From: Octopus vulgaris
Lineage: Eukaryota
Reading direction: 5' to 3'
DNA: 64,000 nt
Assembly: GCA_951406725.2 (NCBI GenBank)
Contig: OX597823.1
Coordinates: 30,628,001 to 30,692,000 of the forward strand
Part shown: positions 11,860 to 25,860 of the stretch, piece by piece
How positions within the stretch are numbered: position 1 is the first letter of the stretch
How the letters are laid out: every line of letters begins with the position of its first letter
Made by a program: the position numbers and the translations under genes
The notes under the pieces: model-generated
What the model saw: only the letters and a program-made list of their open reading frames with translations
The model's database searches: none
What the model was told of the DNA's origin: nothing

Positions 11860-13003
11860 TCTCTATATAAACGGCAGTTTGTCTGTCTGTGTGTCTGTCA
11901 GGTTGTACCCTCACCCTGACCACGGCTTTCAACCGATTCTGATGAAACTTGACACACACATAGCCCAATGTCATAATTCAAAACTAACGCAGCGAAAATT
12001 TTGGAAAGTTCCCCCAGTTCTGAAAAAATCGATATAAATTCGACATGGGGTCGAGAATCTAAGTTTTTTATATGCAACACATTTTCTGTTGTAGTTTTCG
12101 CAACTTGCAATCGATTTTCACCAAACTCATGGTGAAGCTTAATGTTACCCTAAGAAACTTAATTCTGACGTTAGTTTTCCATGCAATACCTTACCATCAG
12201 AAAAAAATCGATAAAATCATGCCATTTTGGGAAATCGCGTTCAAATTCAAGATGACATATTTTCGACAATATCTTTCACAAATTATCAGGAGTTTTTTTT
12301 TTTAATTCACAGCGAGCATCATGTCTGCTCCAAGGAGCTATATGGCCCTTTTTATTCCAATAGGATACTTTATTACTGGAAAAAATCGGTTAATTAAATC
12401 ATATGTGGCACACATAGCAAACCGATTTGTGTATTAAACACATACCACAGACTGTCTAGGGGACGCAACTCGACCTTTTTAACTCTCGGAATACGGGTAA
12501 ATATCCCAAAATGTATAAAAATGTACAAAAATGGCAAAAAAGCGAGCAGCAATGTGAGTGACAACAACGAAAAAGTCGAAAGTGACCCAACTGAACAAAC
12601 GAATGGAAAAGGTTTTTTGATGCAAACGACAAAAGCAGTTTATAATAAACCAAGAGTTTGCAACTAGCGTCCGAGGACCCTTAGGGTACGTCAAAAATTT
12701 AAGGTAAAACGTTTGGAGTGGTAGTTATAAAGCAATTTTAAACAAAGAAAGTATTCGAATAACTTGCGGCTGCAGCAGCTATTAGCAGAAGTTGGGGGTA
12801 AAGTCTCGAATGTAATTTCTTCCTGGTAGGAATTGGTTGGGTTGAATTATCGATAGCTGTTTGATAGTTATTTGGGAGTGAAGAGAAGACATTGCAACCT
12901 ACACATGCGCCTTCGTTCCCTAGAGGGAAAGGACTAGATTGGGATTAGTCGTTGCCTACTAGAGGCTCTTACATACCCGGGCAATGCCGGGCTATGCTGC
13001 TAG
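11860..13003 (+). mobile_element. Non-autonomous Helitron, copy 2 (1144 bp)
   Basis: A|TC start, CCCGGGCAATGCCGGG hairpin, CTAG|T end; near-identical to 7492-8317 except for reciprocal indels. Confidence 0.9.
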
Positions 13004-13045
13004 TAAAAAATAAATGTGATGTGCAATACTTTTTTTTATTATTTA

Positions 13046-13438
13046 TCTTTTTATCTTTGCCTTGTTTCACTCATTAGAGTGTGGTCATGCTGGAGCACTG
13101 CCTTCAAGAATTTCAAACAAAGAAATTGACCCCAGTACCTATTTTTTTTAAAGTTTGGTACTTATTCTATTTGTCTTTTTTGTTGAACCACTAAGTTACA
13201 GGGCCATAAACACACTATCACCAGCTGTCAAGTGGTGGTGGTAACGGGGTCAAATATAGACACAAACACACACACATACGCACGCACACCAAATCCGTCT
13301 GCAAAATCCACTCATAAGGCTTTTGTCAGCCAGATGCTTTAGTAGAAGCGACTTTGCCAAGGTGCCATATAGTAGAATGGAAACCAGAACCATGTGGTTG
13401 GGAAACAAATCCCTTACCACACAGCCACACCTGCGCCT
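13046..13438 (-). mobile_element. Family A SINE
   Basis: Reverse complement of the 8473-8876 family, from head (..cagccacacctgcgcct) to tail. Confidence 0.8.
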
Positions 13439-14469
13439 ATAAAATAAAAAGAAGTTTTAGTTTCCAATGGCAGCAGTTATCCAAAATTACGAATTTTGGT
13501 TGTCCAAACCGCTCCGGATAAACAAAGAGGAGCAGGGCTGGAGAGTGGAGCAGATGCCGGGCAGTACAGGTTGGGGTAGGGAAGATTCCAGCTAATCTGT
13601 TGACGGAGACAAGCATAACCCAACATGAATTGTGGTGAGAGGTTGTCGAATAATGCAGGTATGGACCCGTTAGAGGAGGTGAGTGATGAAGATGGGGTGA
13701 GGCGCGGATGAAGAGGATAATTAGAGAAATGAAATGTTAGAAAACCAGAGAAGGATGGGTGGTGGTGGTGATGGCAGTGGCGGTGGTGGTGGTGAGTGTA
13801 ATCACAGAAGATTGATTTCATTAAATAATGATGATAATAATGAATACAGTTATATGTGTGTGTATGTATTTACACACATGGTCACATAGTCATACACAGT
13901 CACATACACAACCATATACACACATGTACAATCATGCACATACACACTCACACACACACACACATAAACGTAACTCATTAATTATCCACAAAATTAGTTG
14001 CCTATGCATCACTAAACTTGATCTCCTTCTAGTCATTACGATACAGGCTTCAACTTGAAAATTTAATTGTTCTTGTTGTTGTTGTTATAATTACATGAAC
14101 CACAGCAGCTCCACTTTGTTTTCTACCAAACAAAAGAGAATTATTCAGGGATTCATTCTCAGCAAGCTGAAGATATATAAGGAACCAAATTCCATCAAAG
14201 GCTTTCCATGTACAGTAAGGGAACTGTCTTCGGCCTCTGAGGATTATCTGGAAACAGGTTGAGACATCCAAAAATTGGTGTCTTGTATCAAGAAAGAACC
14301 AGACATCAGACTATATCGTGTTTTAGTGATAACATTGAACAAGTCTGTGATATGATTATGTTGAATAAATGAGTGTCTTTAGAAGAAATGGTAAAAGATA
14401 TCTAAATTAGTTGTCATGGTTCTGCCTTTGAGATCATTCTCAACAGAAGACATTTGTGTAAAATGATTT

Positions 14470-14598
14470 GTGTTCGAAAATGTAAGGACACAGATCGTGT
14501 CTTATAGCCAACTGGAGACAATGTCTCCTGGGGCTAAATTACAGCAACATTTGTCCTAAACCAGGACTACCATATTATGTTGGTAAACGATCTTTACT
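14470..14598. repeat. Family G structured repeat (four short hairpins)
   Basis: Homologous to 29910-30038 and 30262-30391. Confidence 0.8.
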
Positions 14599-15081
14599 AA
14601 AAAGAATTTTTGTTGTCCAAAGTAATACACACACACGCGCGCGCGCGCACAAAATCTTTTACTAAACCCTCCCACTTCACATTTTAGACTAGCTTAACAT
14701 CAAAACAAAACCCTTTCTTGCCTAATGAATAAAATATCTATTTCTGAATTGAATAGATTGTCTGGTGACTGTGCAGTATTGAGCCTTCCAGTTCTAGTAA
14801 TAAATCTTTAAACATATTTGAAGTTTATTATAGTGAACTATATTTGGTTTATTATAGAGAACTAATTAACCACAATAACTATTATACACACGCATACATT
14901 TGTGAAGGTGAGTGTGTGTATATATAGATATTTATTTGTCTGTGGCTGTATGTTGGTTTGGTAATAAAAGTTGGAAAATAGGACTCCAAGCATGAGTTTA
15001 TGTATTTTATATTCTATCAGCAAAAGTTACAAAGTGACTCAAAAACTAAGTTTCATGTCAGTGCATAAAATTCTTGACCCT

Positions 15082-15311
15082 ACCCTTTCGTTACTGTATT
15101 TATTTTGAGATGCTCTGTGTTTCATCCAATTACTTTTAAATATAACAAAGAATTTAGTAACATAACTTAGTAATCATTCAGCTAGTGTTAGGAACATAAA
15201 TTGTGACTTAGATTTGGTGGAAGAATTAAATTCAAAACTTATGAAAACAAGACATTTGTACTCAGAGCCAGAGCCGGTTTCAGCCAGGTTGGTAATGAAA
15301 AGGTTGAGTTA
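15082..15311. mobile_element. piggyBac-like TTAA MITE (family F, ~225 bp)
   Basis: TIR CCCTTTCGTTAC ... GTAATGAAAAGG; homologous copies at 18757, 28143, 40823, 52286 and others. Confidence 0.8.
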
Positions 15312-15354
15312 ATTTCTAATTCCTGCTAATTAAATGTGGGTATGTGTTTATAAT

Positions 15355-15446
15355 ATATATTGTATGTATGTGTGTATGTATGTATAAAATGTATGTGTGT
15401 GTGTATGTGTATATATATATATATATATACACACACACATACATGC

Positions 15447-15486
<40 letters not shown>

Positions 15487-15603
15487 TACTATATATATAT
15501 ATATACACACACATACATGCATACTATATATATATATATACACACTTGCATACATACATATATATATATATGCACACACATATATATATACACATACATA
15601 CAT

Positions 15604-15656
<53 letters not shown>

Positions 15657-15690
15657 CATATGCATACATACACAAACACACACACACAGA
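15355..15690. repeat. Compound (AT)n/(AC)n/(ATAC)n microsatellite
   Basis: Direct inspection; source of the spurious YI/HT ORFs. Confidence 0.95.
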
Positions 15691-15947
15691 AAGAGAGGAG
15701 GAGGGGGGACACTAGATAAACAACACTAACAAACAGCACAATATGCGATGCTTTAATTAAATTGTACTTTTGCAAACCAATTCTCCCTCTGCTTATCTTT
15801 CACTCTGTGAAACATTATCTAACCGGGTGCAAGGAAGATTCGGAGAGTGAGGGGAAAAGAGGTTGAATCTCAATGGAGCTGATAAGAAAATTTAAGACAA
15901 GGAACAATCCAGAAGATACTGGGGAGGTCAGTTACTGGTACCATGCC

Positions 15948-15981
<34 letters not shown>

Positions 15982-18056
15982 CCATCCAACCCTACTCTGT
16001 TCTACCTCCCACCCCTACCCCACTACCTACCTACCTACCCACCAGTGATTAAGGTCTTTGTTCAAACGCTACCTATTTTTGGAAAGTTCTTGTAAGCAGA
16101 TGGGCGTGATGTTTATTTTGGGATGAGGTAGTTGTATGATAGAAGAAAAGGGTCAGCATCATGTTTTTGATAAGGTGTGGATGGGAGGGATATGTTGTCC
16201 AGTATGTCAAGAAGACCAGCGACTGTTTTAGCAGTGGTGGACGGGACAGAGAGAGGCCACGCAGCTTAATAAGTACTGGGGTCAATTCCTTTGACTTAAA
16301 AAATCTTCAAGTCAGTGCCCCAACATGGCCACAGTCTGATGACTGAAACAAGTAAAAGATGGAAGATGTGTGTGTGCGTGCAGTGGTTTCCTTGCTTTGA
16401 CATCACATGATAGTTGTAAACGAGTAACATTGTCATGCAAGAGGTGTCCTTCATTTCCAATCTTTGGAAATGTATCTGGTCGTGGTGAAATCTTACCTGA
16501 GATGGAAATAGGTGAGTGTTGGTGACAGGAAGTGTCTAATCATAAAAAGTCCACATCAACAGATTTCGTCTAAGTCATCCAAGCATGGAAAAGTGAACAT
16601 TATACAATGATGATGATGATGTTTAGCCACAGGTCAGCCCTGGTCAACAAGCATATTGTGTCCTTTCTCTGTCTTCTCTGTTCTTCAGATTAAAGTTCTT
16701 TTCTGATTTGTCCATCATGTCTTTTTTCTTCTTGCATACTCTGTTCTTTCTCTGTCTTTTCTTTCACCTCTGTAATGGCCTATGTTCCTTGGAACTGGTT
16801 GATCTTGCACCTTCACCACTCAGGTGCTCATTTGGTTCCACAGTAACCATTATACTTAGTCCTTTCTCCCTACAATATTAGCCCTCTGGAATCTTCTCCT
16901 TGTTAATAACTTTCCTGCAGGTAACGGTATCAAGCACACCTGACAGATAGGATTTGTAAAGGCCATGGGCGCTGCCTCCTCCTTCGGACTCAACCATTAA
17001 AAGAACAATGGGAAATCAGACTATATTATCCAGCCTGTACTCTTTTTAAAGATGATAGTAGAGTGGGATTTGAGGGGGATTTAGCTGCTGCTTCTAGTAC
17101 ATTAAGTAACCAAATAGAGCTTTCCATTTGTGTGATCGTTGTTCTTTTGACCCATAGGCAGGGAGGAAGGGAACTGAATGAGGTTGCTTGACATGCTAAG
17201 CATAGCAACTAAATCTGCATCAAATCACAGCCTTCCAGCTTCAAAAAACAGAACATACCAAACACTGTGCTTGGAGAATTTGTGACAGATTCCAGGGATT
17301 CTCCTGCAAACATGCACACAATAACATACACATTGGAATACACCTGCATTTACATGCATAAACAATATGCATGTTTGCATATTAAAGCGACATGCACAGC
17401 CACTATGCATGTACAGGGTTAGGTGCATACACATGTATGCACACTTTAAAGAATTCAGACAACCACGAATCCCAAAAATTATCTTCACTTAAACAAAAGA
17501 ACTTTACATTTTTTCACAAGTGGCAAGCTTAATTCTACCAAGATAAAAACTTACATAAACCCCAAAGAAAATCTCTCTCTCTCTCTCCCTCCCACTCTCC
17601 CTACCTCTCTCTTCCTCTCTCCCCCTCTCCCCACTCTCTCACACACTGTCGAACATTTGTCTGGAGTGTAGTCTTAGAAGATTAAAGACTTAGTATTCCA
17701 GAAAGAATTTAAATGGCATGAATTAATTTCTAATTAACTGCTAATTAACTGCATTTCTGTCTCAAATTAGTTTTTATAATGTTTATACCAATCTAAATTG
17801 TCATTGTCCATTCAAACTAATCATGTGATCTTGCTGACTTGGACATCCACCTAAATGATATCTTCACAGCTAAACCGTCTGTGTTCTGTGTTTTTATACA
17901 CAAAACAGATTATTTCATTTAGCATTTGGGGCAATATGTGATGAACGTCAGTCAAACAGCAATGCTTTATGTACAGAAAAGACTTTTCTTTATCATCATC
18001 ATCTTCATGATCCTCATCATAATCATCGTCCTCATCATCATCATCATCATCATGGT

Positions 18057-18365
18057 CAATACCAGTGCTGCCTGAAGTGTGGTTGATGCCAGAGCTGCCT
18101 GACTGGCTTCTCTACTGGTGGCACATAAAAAGCACCATTCAAGTGTGGTTGATGCCAGTGCTGCCTGACTGGCCCCAATGCTGGTGGCATGTAAAAAGCA
18201 CCCACTACACCCTGAGTGGTTGGCATTAGGAAGAGCATCCAGCTGTTGAAACTTCGCCAGATCAGATCAGAGCTTGGTGCAGCCTCCTGGCTTGCCAGCC
18301 CTCAGTCAAACCATCCAACCCATGCCAGCATGGAAAGCAGATGTTAAACAATGATGATGATGATC
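18057..18365 (+). mobile_element. Family D repeat (RTE-LINE 3' tail with subrepeats)
   Basis: GGCAC.TAAAAAGCACC subrepeats followed by CATGCCAGCATGGAAAGCAGATGTTAAAC(GAT)n. Confidence 0.8.
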
Positions 18366-18756
18366 ATCATCATTGTTATTTTAGCATCCACTTTTCCATG
18401 CTTGCATGAGTCAGATGGAATTTGTTAAGGCAGATTTTCTATGACCAGATACCCATCTTGTTGCCAACCCTCACCAGTTTCCTAGCAAGGTAATATTTTC
18501 CCATGACCAGGTATGTTTTTAACAGAAGATTGGAAATAAATACACTGCTTGAATGACAATGATGTTTGTCTAAAACTCATGCACTGTCAGGACATGGATA
18601 CAACGTTTTGGTTCACCGAGGACTATAGCAGAAGATACTTGTCCAAGGTGCCACGCAGAGTGACTGAACCCAGAATCTGGTAGTTGGAAAACAAACTACT
18701 TCCCACTCAGCCACTCCTGTACCTATATGCATAAAACTGGAAGAGGAATCTGTCTG

Positions 18757-19240
18757 TTAACCCCTTTATTACCGTATTTATATTGAGATGCTTTGTGTTT
18801 CTTTCAATTATTTTAAATATAGCAAAGAATTTAGTAAAATAACTTAGTTATCATTCAGCTAGTATTAGGAACATAAATTGTGACTAAGGTTTGGTGGAAG
18901 ATTTTAATTCAAAACTTATGAAAACAAGGCCTTAGTACACAGAGCCAGAACCAGTTTCAGCTGGGTTGGTAATGAAAGGGTTAAGCTAGTGTTAGGAATA
19001 TAAATTGTAACTAAGGTTTGGTGAAAGATTTTAATTCAAAACCTATGAAAACAAGACATTTGTACTCAGCGCCAGAGCTGGTTTTAGCCAGGATGGTAAT
19101 GAAAAGGTTAAGCTAGTGTTAGGAACACAAGTTGTGACTAAGGTTTGGTGGAAGATTTTAATTCATAACTTATGAGAATAATACATTTTTACTCAGAGAG
19201 CCAGAGCTGGTTTCAGCCTGGTTGGTAACGGAAGGGTTAA
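18757..19240. mobile_element. Family F MITE followed by two tandem copies of its 3' half
   Basis: TTAA at 18757, 18981, 19108 and 19237; 127-129-bp repeats each starting TTAAGCTAGTGTTAGG. Confidence 0.85.
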
Positions 19241-19763
19241 TCCAAGAATTTATGAATTTTATGTTTGTGTGTATTTTAGCTAAATCTGACAATACTGCTA
19301 TATCAATACATCTAAATCCCTTGGTCAGTTCTGAGACTGAAAAACATGAAACAAAAACAATCATAATATAATTTTACTTTGAAATTGTGAGACTTCTTTT
19401 GGAAATCTTAATCTCCTTGGATTATAACAGAATTTCTGAACTATGATGTATTTACGCTTTTTTTAAGGCACTTGAGTTATTTTTGTATCCCTTTCTTCTA
19501 CTGATTGTAGTTCCTGTTTAGTATCAGATCTTTCAAAGATCTTCTGTGCACACATACACACTTAAATATGTATATATTTCTATATATAGTATAAATGGAT
19601 GTTTATATCTTAACCACACGCAACATATATGTATACATGTGTATTTACCGCACCTTTCATCAAAGCTTGTGCATGTGTGTGTGTACTCGCATGTGCATGC
19701 GTGTGCCTATTATTTATATATATATATACACATGTTTGTGTGTGTGTGTGTGTGCATGTATAT

Positions 19764-19794
<31 letters not shown>

Positions 19795-20349
19795 GGGGTG
19801 AGGAGGAAAGTAGTGGGTCGAAGAACTTCCTGCCTTAAGACTGCTCTTTGTCTTTTAATTTAGAAACAACAAACAGCAGGTGGCATTGTTCCTGACCCTT
19901 CTTTAATCTCCCTTAATATCTCTCCTACAAAGAAGGAACACTGCTGTCTGCCCTCCTTTTACAATAGCCTCCTTACTTGGTCAGCTTTTTAAACAATGTC
20001 GGCATTATTATTTCTTGTTGTTTTAACTAAAATCTTAAGTGATTATGTGGTAATTTGGTGTAGGCCAGCTGCATTGAGGCCAGCCAGCCTTTGTTGATTC
20101 TTCTGTCTTCACCACACCAACACCACTGGCACTACTGCAGCACCAACACTACCACATGTAACACCACTACCATCGCTACCACCATCACCATACAACAACC
20201 ACATTACCACTATCACTAAATCGCTACTATTCCACCACCGTTGCCGCCACCTTGCATTACACTCCACCACCACCACCACCACCCCACACACACCATCTCT
20301 CACTACACACCACTATCACCAGCACCATCACACAGAGCCAACAAAAGAG

Positions 20350-20526
20350 TCTCTTTGCAGTTACTTGACCTGTTAAAAATAGCAACCCGATCTCCCTTCA
20401 AATCACACCTTACCATCTTAAAAACAGGAAGGGTATGTCTGATGATGTAAATCCTGGATACCCTTATAAAGACTGGAATGCTTTTGATCAGAGATATACT
20501 CAGCCAGGAGGTGAACAACAACAACA
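20350..20526 (+). mobile_element. Family H short interspersed repeat
   Basis: AAATAGCA.CC.ATCTCC.TCAAATCACACC..CTGGAATGC.TTTGATCA..(AAC)n tail; also at 39806-40020 and 44645-44822. Confidence 0.6.
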
Positions 20527-20605
20527 TACACCCCACACCACTATCACCAATGGTTATATTCCCTATCAAAACACTATTTCCGTTATCATTTACTAATAAT
20601 ATAGA

Positions 20606-20887
20606 TGAGCCCTGACTGGCTCCCATGCCAGTGGCACGTAAAAAGCACTATCCAAATGCAATCGATGCCAGGCCCACCTGACTGGCGCCTGTGCCGGGAG
20701 CATGTAAAAAGCACCTACTACACTCTCAGAGTGGTTGGCGTTTGGAAGGACATCCAGCTGTAGAAACATTAGCAGATCAGATTGGAGCCTGGTGCAGCCC
20801 ACTGGCTTTCCAGACCTCAGTCAAATCGTCCAACCCATGCCAGCATGGAAAACGGACGTTAAAAGATGATGATGATGATGATGATGA
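20606..20887 (+). mobile_element. Family D repeat
   Basis: Family D body and (GAT)n tail. Confidence 0.8.
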
Positions 20888-21027
20888 GGGGAAAATACCT
20901 CAAGGGAATATTCTTATATACTAAATACTCAAACTATAGGGTCCCTCGTTTTTAATATTAGGAGTTAAAGGAAAAACTTTGATCAGTCAGAATTAGTCAA
21001 GCAATAAATATCCCTTCAAGAGACTGT

Positions 21028-21252
21028 TTAACCCTTTTAATACCAAACTAGCTGAGGTTGCCCCAATTCTATAATACAAACTTCCTGTTTAAAAACAATC
21101 TAAAATAGTCTCCCATCAAGATTTCTTGTTAATTTATGTTCTAAACACCAGCCTAATTAATGACCAAATTACTAAATTACTTAATGCTTTATTTTCAAAA
21201 TCAATTGAAACAAAGGTAGGTATTTCAACTGAAATTTGATAATAAAAGAGTG
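21028..21252. mobile_element. Family F-related TTAA MITE (diverged)
   Basis: TTAACCCTTT start; body homologous to the reverse complement of family F. Confidence 0.55.
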
Positions 21253-21882
21253 AAAATCTAAAATACAAAGAAAACTAGAGATAACTCTATTAAACTCTGT
21301 TGATTGAAATTTGGGGGCAATATAGACATAAGTTGTCAGAAAGAGACTTGATATTTTATAGCATTTAGTCTTGTCATTCTACGTTGTGAGTTCAAATCCT
21401 GCTAAGGTCGACGTTTTTGTATCTCCTTGGATCAATAACAAATTTAGCAGTCATATAATGAGGACTAAATTCATTCACCTCATCAGCAATTATTAATCAA
21501 TTTTTGATTCATTATTATGATGTTTCCCCAGGTCAGCTTTAAGCTGGACCCCAACTCACTGCTGATATGCTACATATGATAAAATTCAAATGTAGCAGGT
21601 AACTAAGTTCTATAAAACAGCAATTAACCAGGTACCATATCTGTAGAGCTAGCAAATATTTTACCATTTCAGAGCAGCAGAAAATATTGAAGTTCTCATA
21701 AGATTAATAAAGAGATGGTGTGGCTTAATATTGAAAATACAAACTTGTGGCGATATTCCTTGTCTTATTATCTTTGACTCGTTTGCCGTGCTATTGCTGA
21801 CAGCTCCGCAAGACAATGACTTTGAAACATCTACCTTGACGTTAACTCAAACTCATATGTATATCACATACACACACACACG

Positions 21883-21955
<73 letters not shown>

Positions 21956-22244
21956 AGGTTTGGAGATGATGTGCAGGTATTATATATTAGAAGAAATGAG
22001 GTAATCAGAAGATCGGATGGTTCATGTTTATAGATATTTATTTATATATTACATTTTTTACATATATATATCATATCATTCAGATTATTAGCGCTTTCTC
22101 CCATTCTATTGGGGTTTTCAAATCAAATCAATTCCTTTGTGGGGAATTTGGTCATTTTATAGAGTTTCGTAGTAGTGAGGAGGAACAAGATAGTATAAGA
22201 GGGTGAGGTAGATGAGGAGGAAGTGAGAGAGAGAACACACACAC

Positions 22245-22293
<49 letters not shown>

Positions 22294-22479
22294 AACATCG
22301 AGACAGTTAAGTTATACAAAAAAGGGACAACAAAACATCCAGATAGATGATACAAAGAAAACAAGGATGGGTCATTTGAAGTTTTCTTTCCACAGTCAAG
22401 TACACCAGATTATCTTTGCAATATATATATATATATATATATACTTATATATATGTATACACACATGGTGCCGAAGGAA

Positions 22480-23210
22480 GCTCAGCAGTTGGGCAGCCAC
22501 GTGAATCAGTGTGTGAGAGAAGAGATATTAGGCTAGCTACTGAGTTGAAGGTATACCAAACAGTTGTACAACCTACTCTGCTGTATGCCTGTGAGACATG
22601 GACAGTTTAGGAATGCCACACCAAAAAGCTAAACCACTTCCACATGAATGGCCTGAGAAGGCTACTGAAAATCATTTGGTAAGATAAGGTCCCAGACAAA
22701 GAGGTCCTCCCTGTTGCTGATCTGCAAAGCATCTCCACACTATGGAGGAGAGCCCAAGTCAGGTGGACAGGCCACCTTGTCCAAATGCCCAAGACACACC
22801 TTTCTAAGAGACTCTACTCTTCTATGGTGAACTGCCAGAAGGTAAGCGCATGCAAGGTGCACAGGAATGGCACTTCAAGGACACAATCAAAGACTCATCA
22901 AAAAGCTTTAAGATCAACCCCTAACCCCCGGGAAACACAAAAACAAAACAGCATTGCCTGGTGAAGCTGCACTAGCAGAGGCGCCACCTTCTATGAACAG
23001 AACGAGATCACAAGGGTACAAAGAAAATATGCACTGCACCAGTTCAGGACTGATATCTTGCTTTCAGTCCCTGCAGACCACCAGTGCCTGACCTGTGTCA
23101 GAGCCATCCATGCATGAATCACAGTGATTGGACATAGACAGATACAACATGCTTCGTCTTCATCTCCCATGTGTGTCCTTGGCCATCGTCAACAATGACA
23201 AACAACATGA
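22480..23210 (+). mobile_element. 5'-truncated RTE/BovB-like LINE (ORF C-terminus, decayed)
   Basis: Translates to KVYQTVVQPTLLYACETWTV, KKLNHFHM..LRRLLKI.W.DKVP..EVL, AQVRWTGHLVQM, YGELPEGKR, with stops and frameshifts. Confidence 0.9.
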
Positions 23211-23236
23211 TACTATACATATATATATATATATAT

Positions 23237-23295
<59 letters not shown>

Positions 23296-23632
23296 CATAT
23301 GTACACATAAGTAACACTATATGTGCAAGCAACCTGCTCACTTGTGAAACTATGAATATTCTCCAGCTGTGCCTTTTTTTCTACCAATTGAACTCTGTGA
23401 CAGAAGTGGCAATCAGCTGCCAACATTTCTCCAGCTGCTGGTACCTGGAAGACACTTAACCAGTTGAAATAGCACAGCATATCTGTTTGATCAAGGTCAC
23501 AGTTTTCATTCAGAGCTAAGAGATATTTATAGGTGTGTGTGCGCGTGTGTGTGTGTATGTGCTAGTATGGGAGGTGGCCATCTGAAGATGATTGAAGATC
23601 ATGATGATATATATATACACACACACACAACA

Positions 23633-23789
23633 CAAGCATGGCTGTGTTTGCTTCCCAACCACATGTTTCGCCACATCGTGCAAGTGTCTTCTGCTTTACC
23701 GCTGGGCCAAGCAAAGCCTTGCAAATGAATCTGATTGAAAGAAACTGAAACGAGTTCACTGTCTGCTGCATACACACATACAAACACAG

Positions 23790-23840
<51 letters not shown>

Positions 23841-24200
23841 TATATGTTTCTTTTATTTGCTACTGTGGCCATGCTGGACCACCACATTTAGTCAAACAAA
23901 TCAACCCCAGGACTTATTCTTTGTAAGCCTAGCACTTATTCTATCGGTCTCTTATGCCGAACCGCTAAGTTACAGGGACATGAACACACCAACATCGGTT
24001 GTCAAGCGATGGTGGGGAGGACAAACACAGACACACACACACACACACATATATATACAACAGGTTTCTTTCAGTTTCCATCTGCCAAATCCACTCACAA
24101 GGCTTTGGTCAGCCTGAGGTTATAGTAGAGGACACTTGCCCAAGGTGCCACGCAGAGGGACTGAACCCGGAACTATGTGGCTGGTAAGCAAGTTACTTAC
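23633..24200. mobile_element. Two family A SINEs in opposite orientation (23633-23760 +, 23848-24200 -)
   Basis: Homology to 8473-8876 on both strands. Confidence 0.75.
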
Positions 24201-24202
24201 TC

Positions 24203-24256
<54 letters not shown>

Positions 24257-24442
24257 TATACATTAAAGTTGAATTTAACATATGCTAGCGTCTTATAAAA
24301 CTAAATTTATATATCCTAAATTTGCAGAAGAATTTGTCATTGGGTCAGTTTAACTTAATGGTAAAGCATTGGACACATAATCACAGGGATGTGAGTTCAA
24401 GTCTCATGGCCGGCCACCGACAGATTTTTATGCAAAATATGG

Positions 24443-24489
<47 letters not shown>

Positions 24490-25680
24490 CACACATATAT
24501 ATATATACACACATACACACAGATATATATATACATATATATGGTGTGTATGTGTGTGTTTAAGTGAGGGAATTCATATTTCTTTTGTTTTCGCCTGTGT
24601 TTGCAGATTGGAAAAAACTGCTCATTCGCACAGTGTTGTTTGTTTCCATTTTTCCACATAACCATGTTTGGATAGAATGGGGGAGATTACTACCTTATTT
24701 GGAAATAGAAGGATTTTAAGTGATAGGAAGGGTATCCTGCCATGGAAAGCCCTGCCCCTACACACTCTCACCTGATCCGTGGAAATGTGGAAAAGCAGGC
24801 ATTAAAATGATGATGATGATGACGACGATGAGGATAAAAGTGATAATGGTTGCGGTGGTAATGATGCCTCTGTCTACCAAACTCTTTCAGAAGATATATG
24901 TGTGTGTGTGTGAGTGCTTATTTCTATGTAAGTGCACCTGTTTGTATCTGTGTGTCTGCAGATGTGTGAATTTGTGTTCTTCTGGGAGATAATAATCATA
25001 ATCTATAAATAATTCCCATGAAAATGTGTTGAAATGTTGAAATCTTCTTCAAAGAACTGTTTACCATCATGATGGTGCTTCCTCTACATCTGTTTTCCTG
25101 TGTGATATTAAAGTTCAAAATATAAAGCTGCTCAGAACTGACACTTTGTGTGTGTGTGTGAGAGAGATTGTGTGTGTGTGTGAGAGATTGTGTGTGTGTG
25201 TGAGATTATGTGTGTGTGAGAGAGATTGTGTGTGTGTGTGTGTGTGCGTGCGTGTTTCAAAATTGAAGCACTGACATGTTAGTAATTTTTTCTCACTCAA
25301 AATATAAATCCTCTTTGTATTTTTATAAAGTTTGTCACATGTTAATAATTGCATTTAACAGAACTGTATGCTTTGTGTTGGTGTGTGCGTGTGTGTGTAT
25401 GCAAGCAATGTGTATGTCTGTGGGTGGGGTTCAACGTCTAACAGTTGTGTGTGCAGTATGTATTACTTCAGAATGATTCGTTGTTGATTTACCTCGTTTA
25501 ATAAAGAGACATGGCTGTGGGCTTAAGTGGTACAACTGCATGATCCCACATTCGATCTTACTGCATGCACAGAACCTTGCACAAGTGTTTTCTCTCACAG
25601 CAGCCATTCAACAGAACTGGGACACTTTTGGGGATAAAACACCAACTTGGTCAAGGCTGACCTGGGACCAAATTACCCAA

Positions 25681-25860
25681 CATCAACGTTTGTTGTCATT
25701 TCACATCTGTTTTCCCTTCTGGCATGGATTGGACGACTTAACAGTATCTAAGAGGCTGCAGGACTACTTCTGGCATCAGTGTCTCAGTTTTGGCATGGTA
25801 TCTATAACTGGATGCCCTTCCTAATGCCAACCACCTTCCAGAGTGTACTGGGTGTTTTTT
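25681..25860 (-). mobile_element. Family D repeat fragment
   Basis: CTGGATGCCCTTCCTAATGCCAACCAC motif of family D. Confidence 0.7.

Noticed and set aside
19996-20097. Signal-peptide-like mini ORF MSALLFLVVLTKILSDYV as first exon of the PY protein
   Set aside because: The best donor is phase 0 whereas the downstream exon needs phase 1; could be chance hydrophobicity in T-rich DNA.
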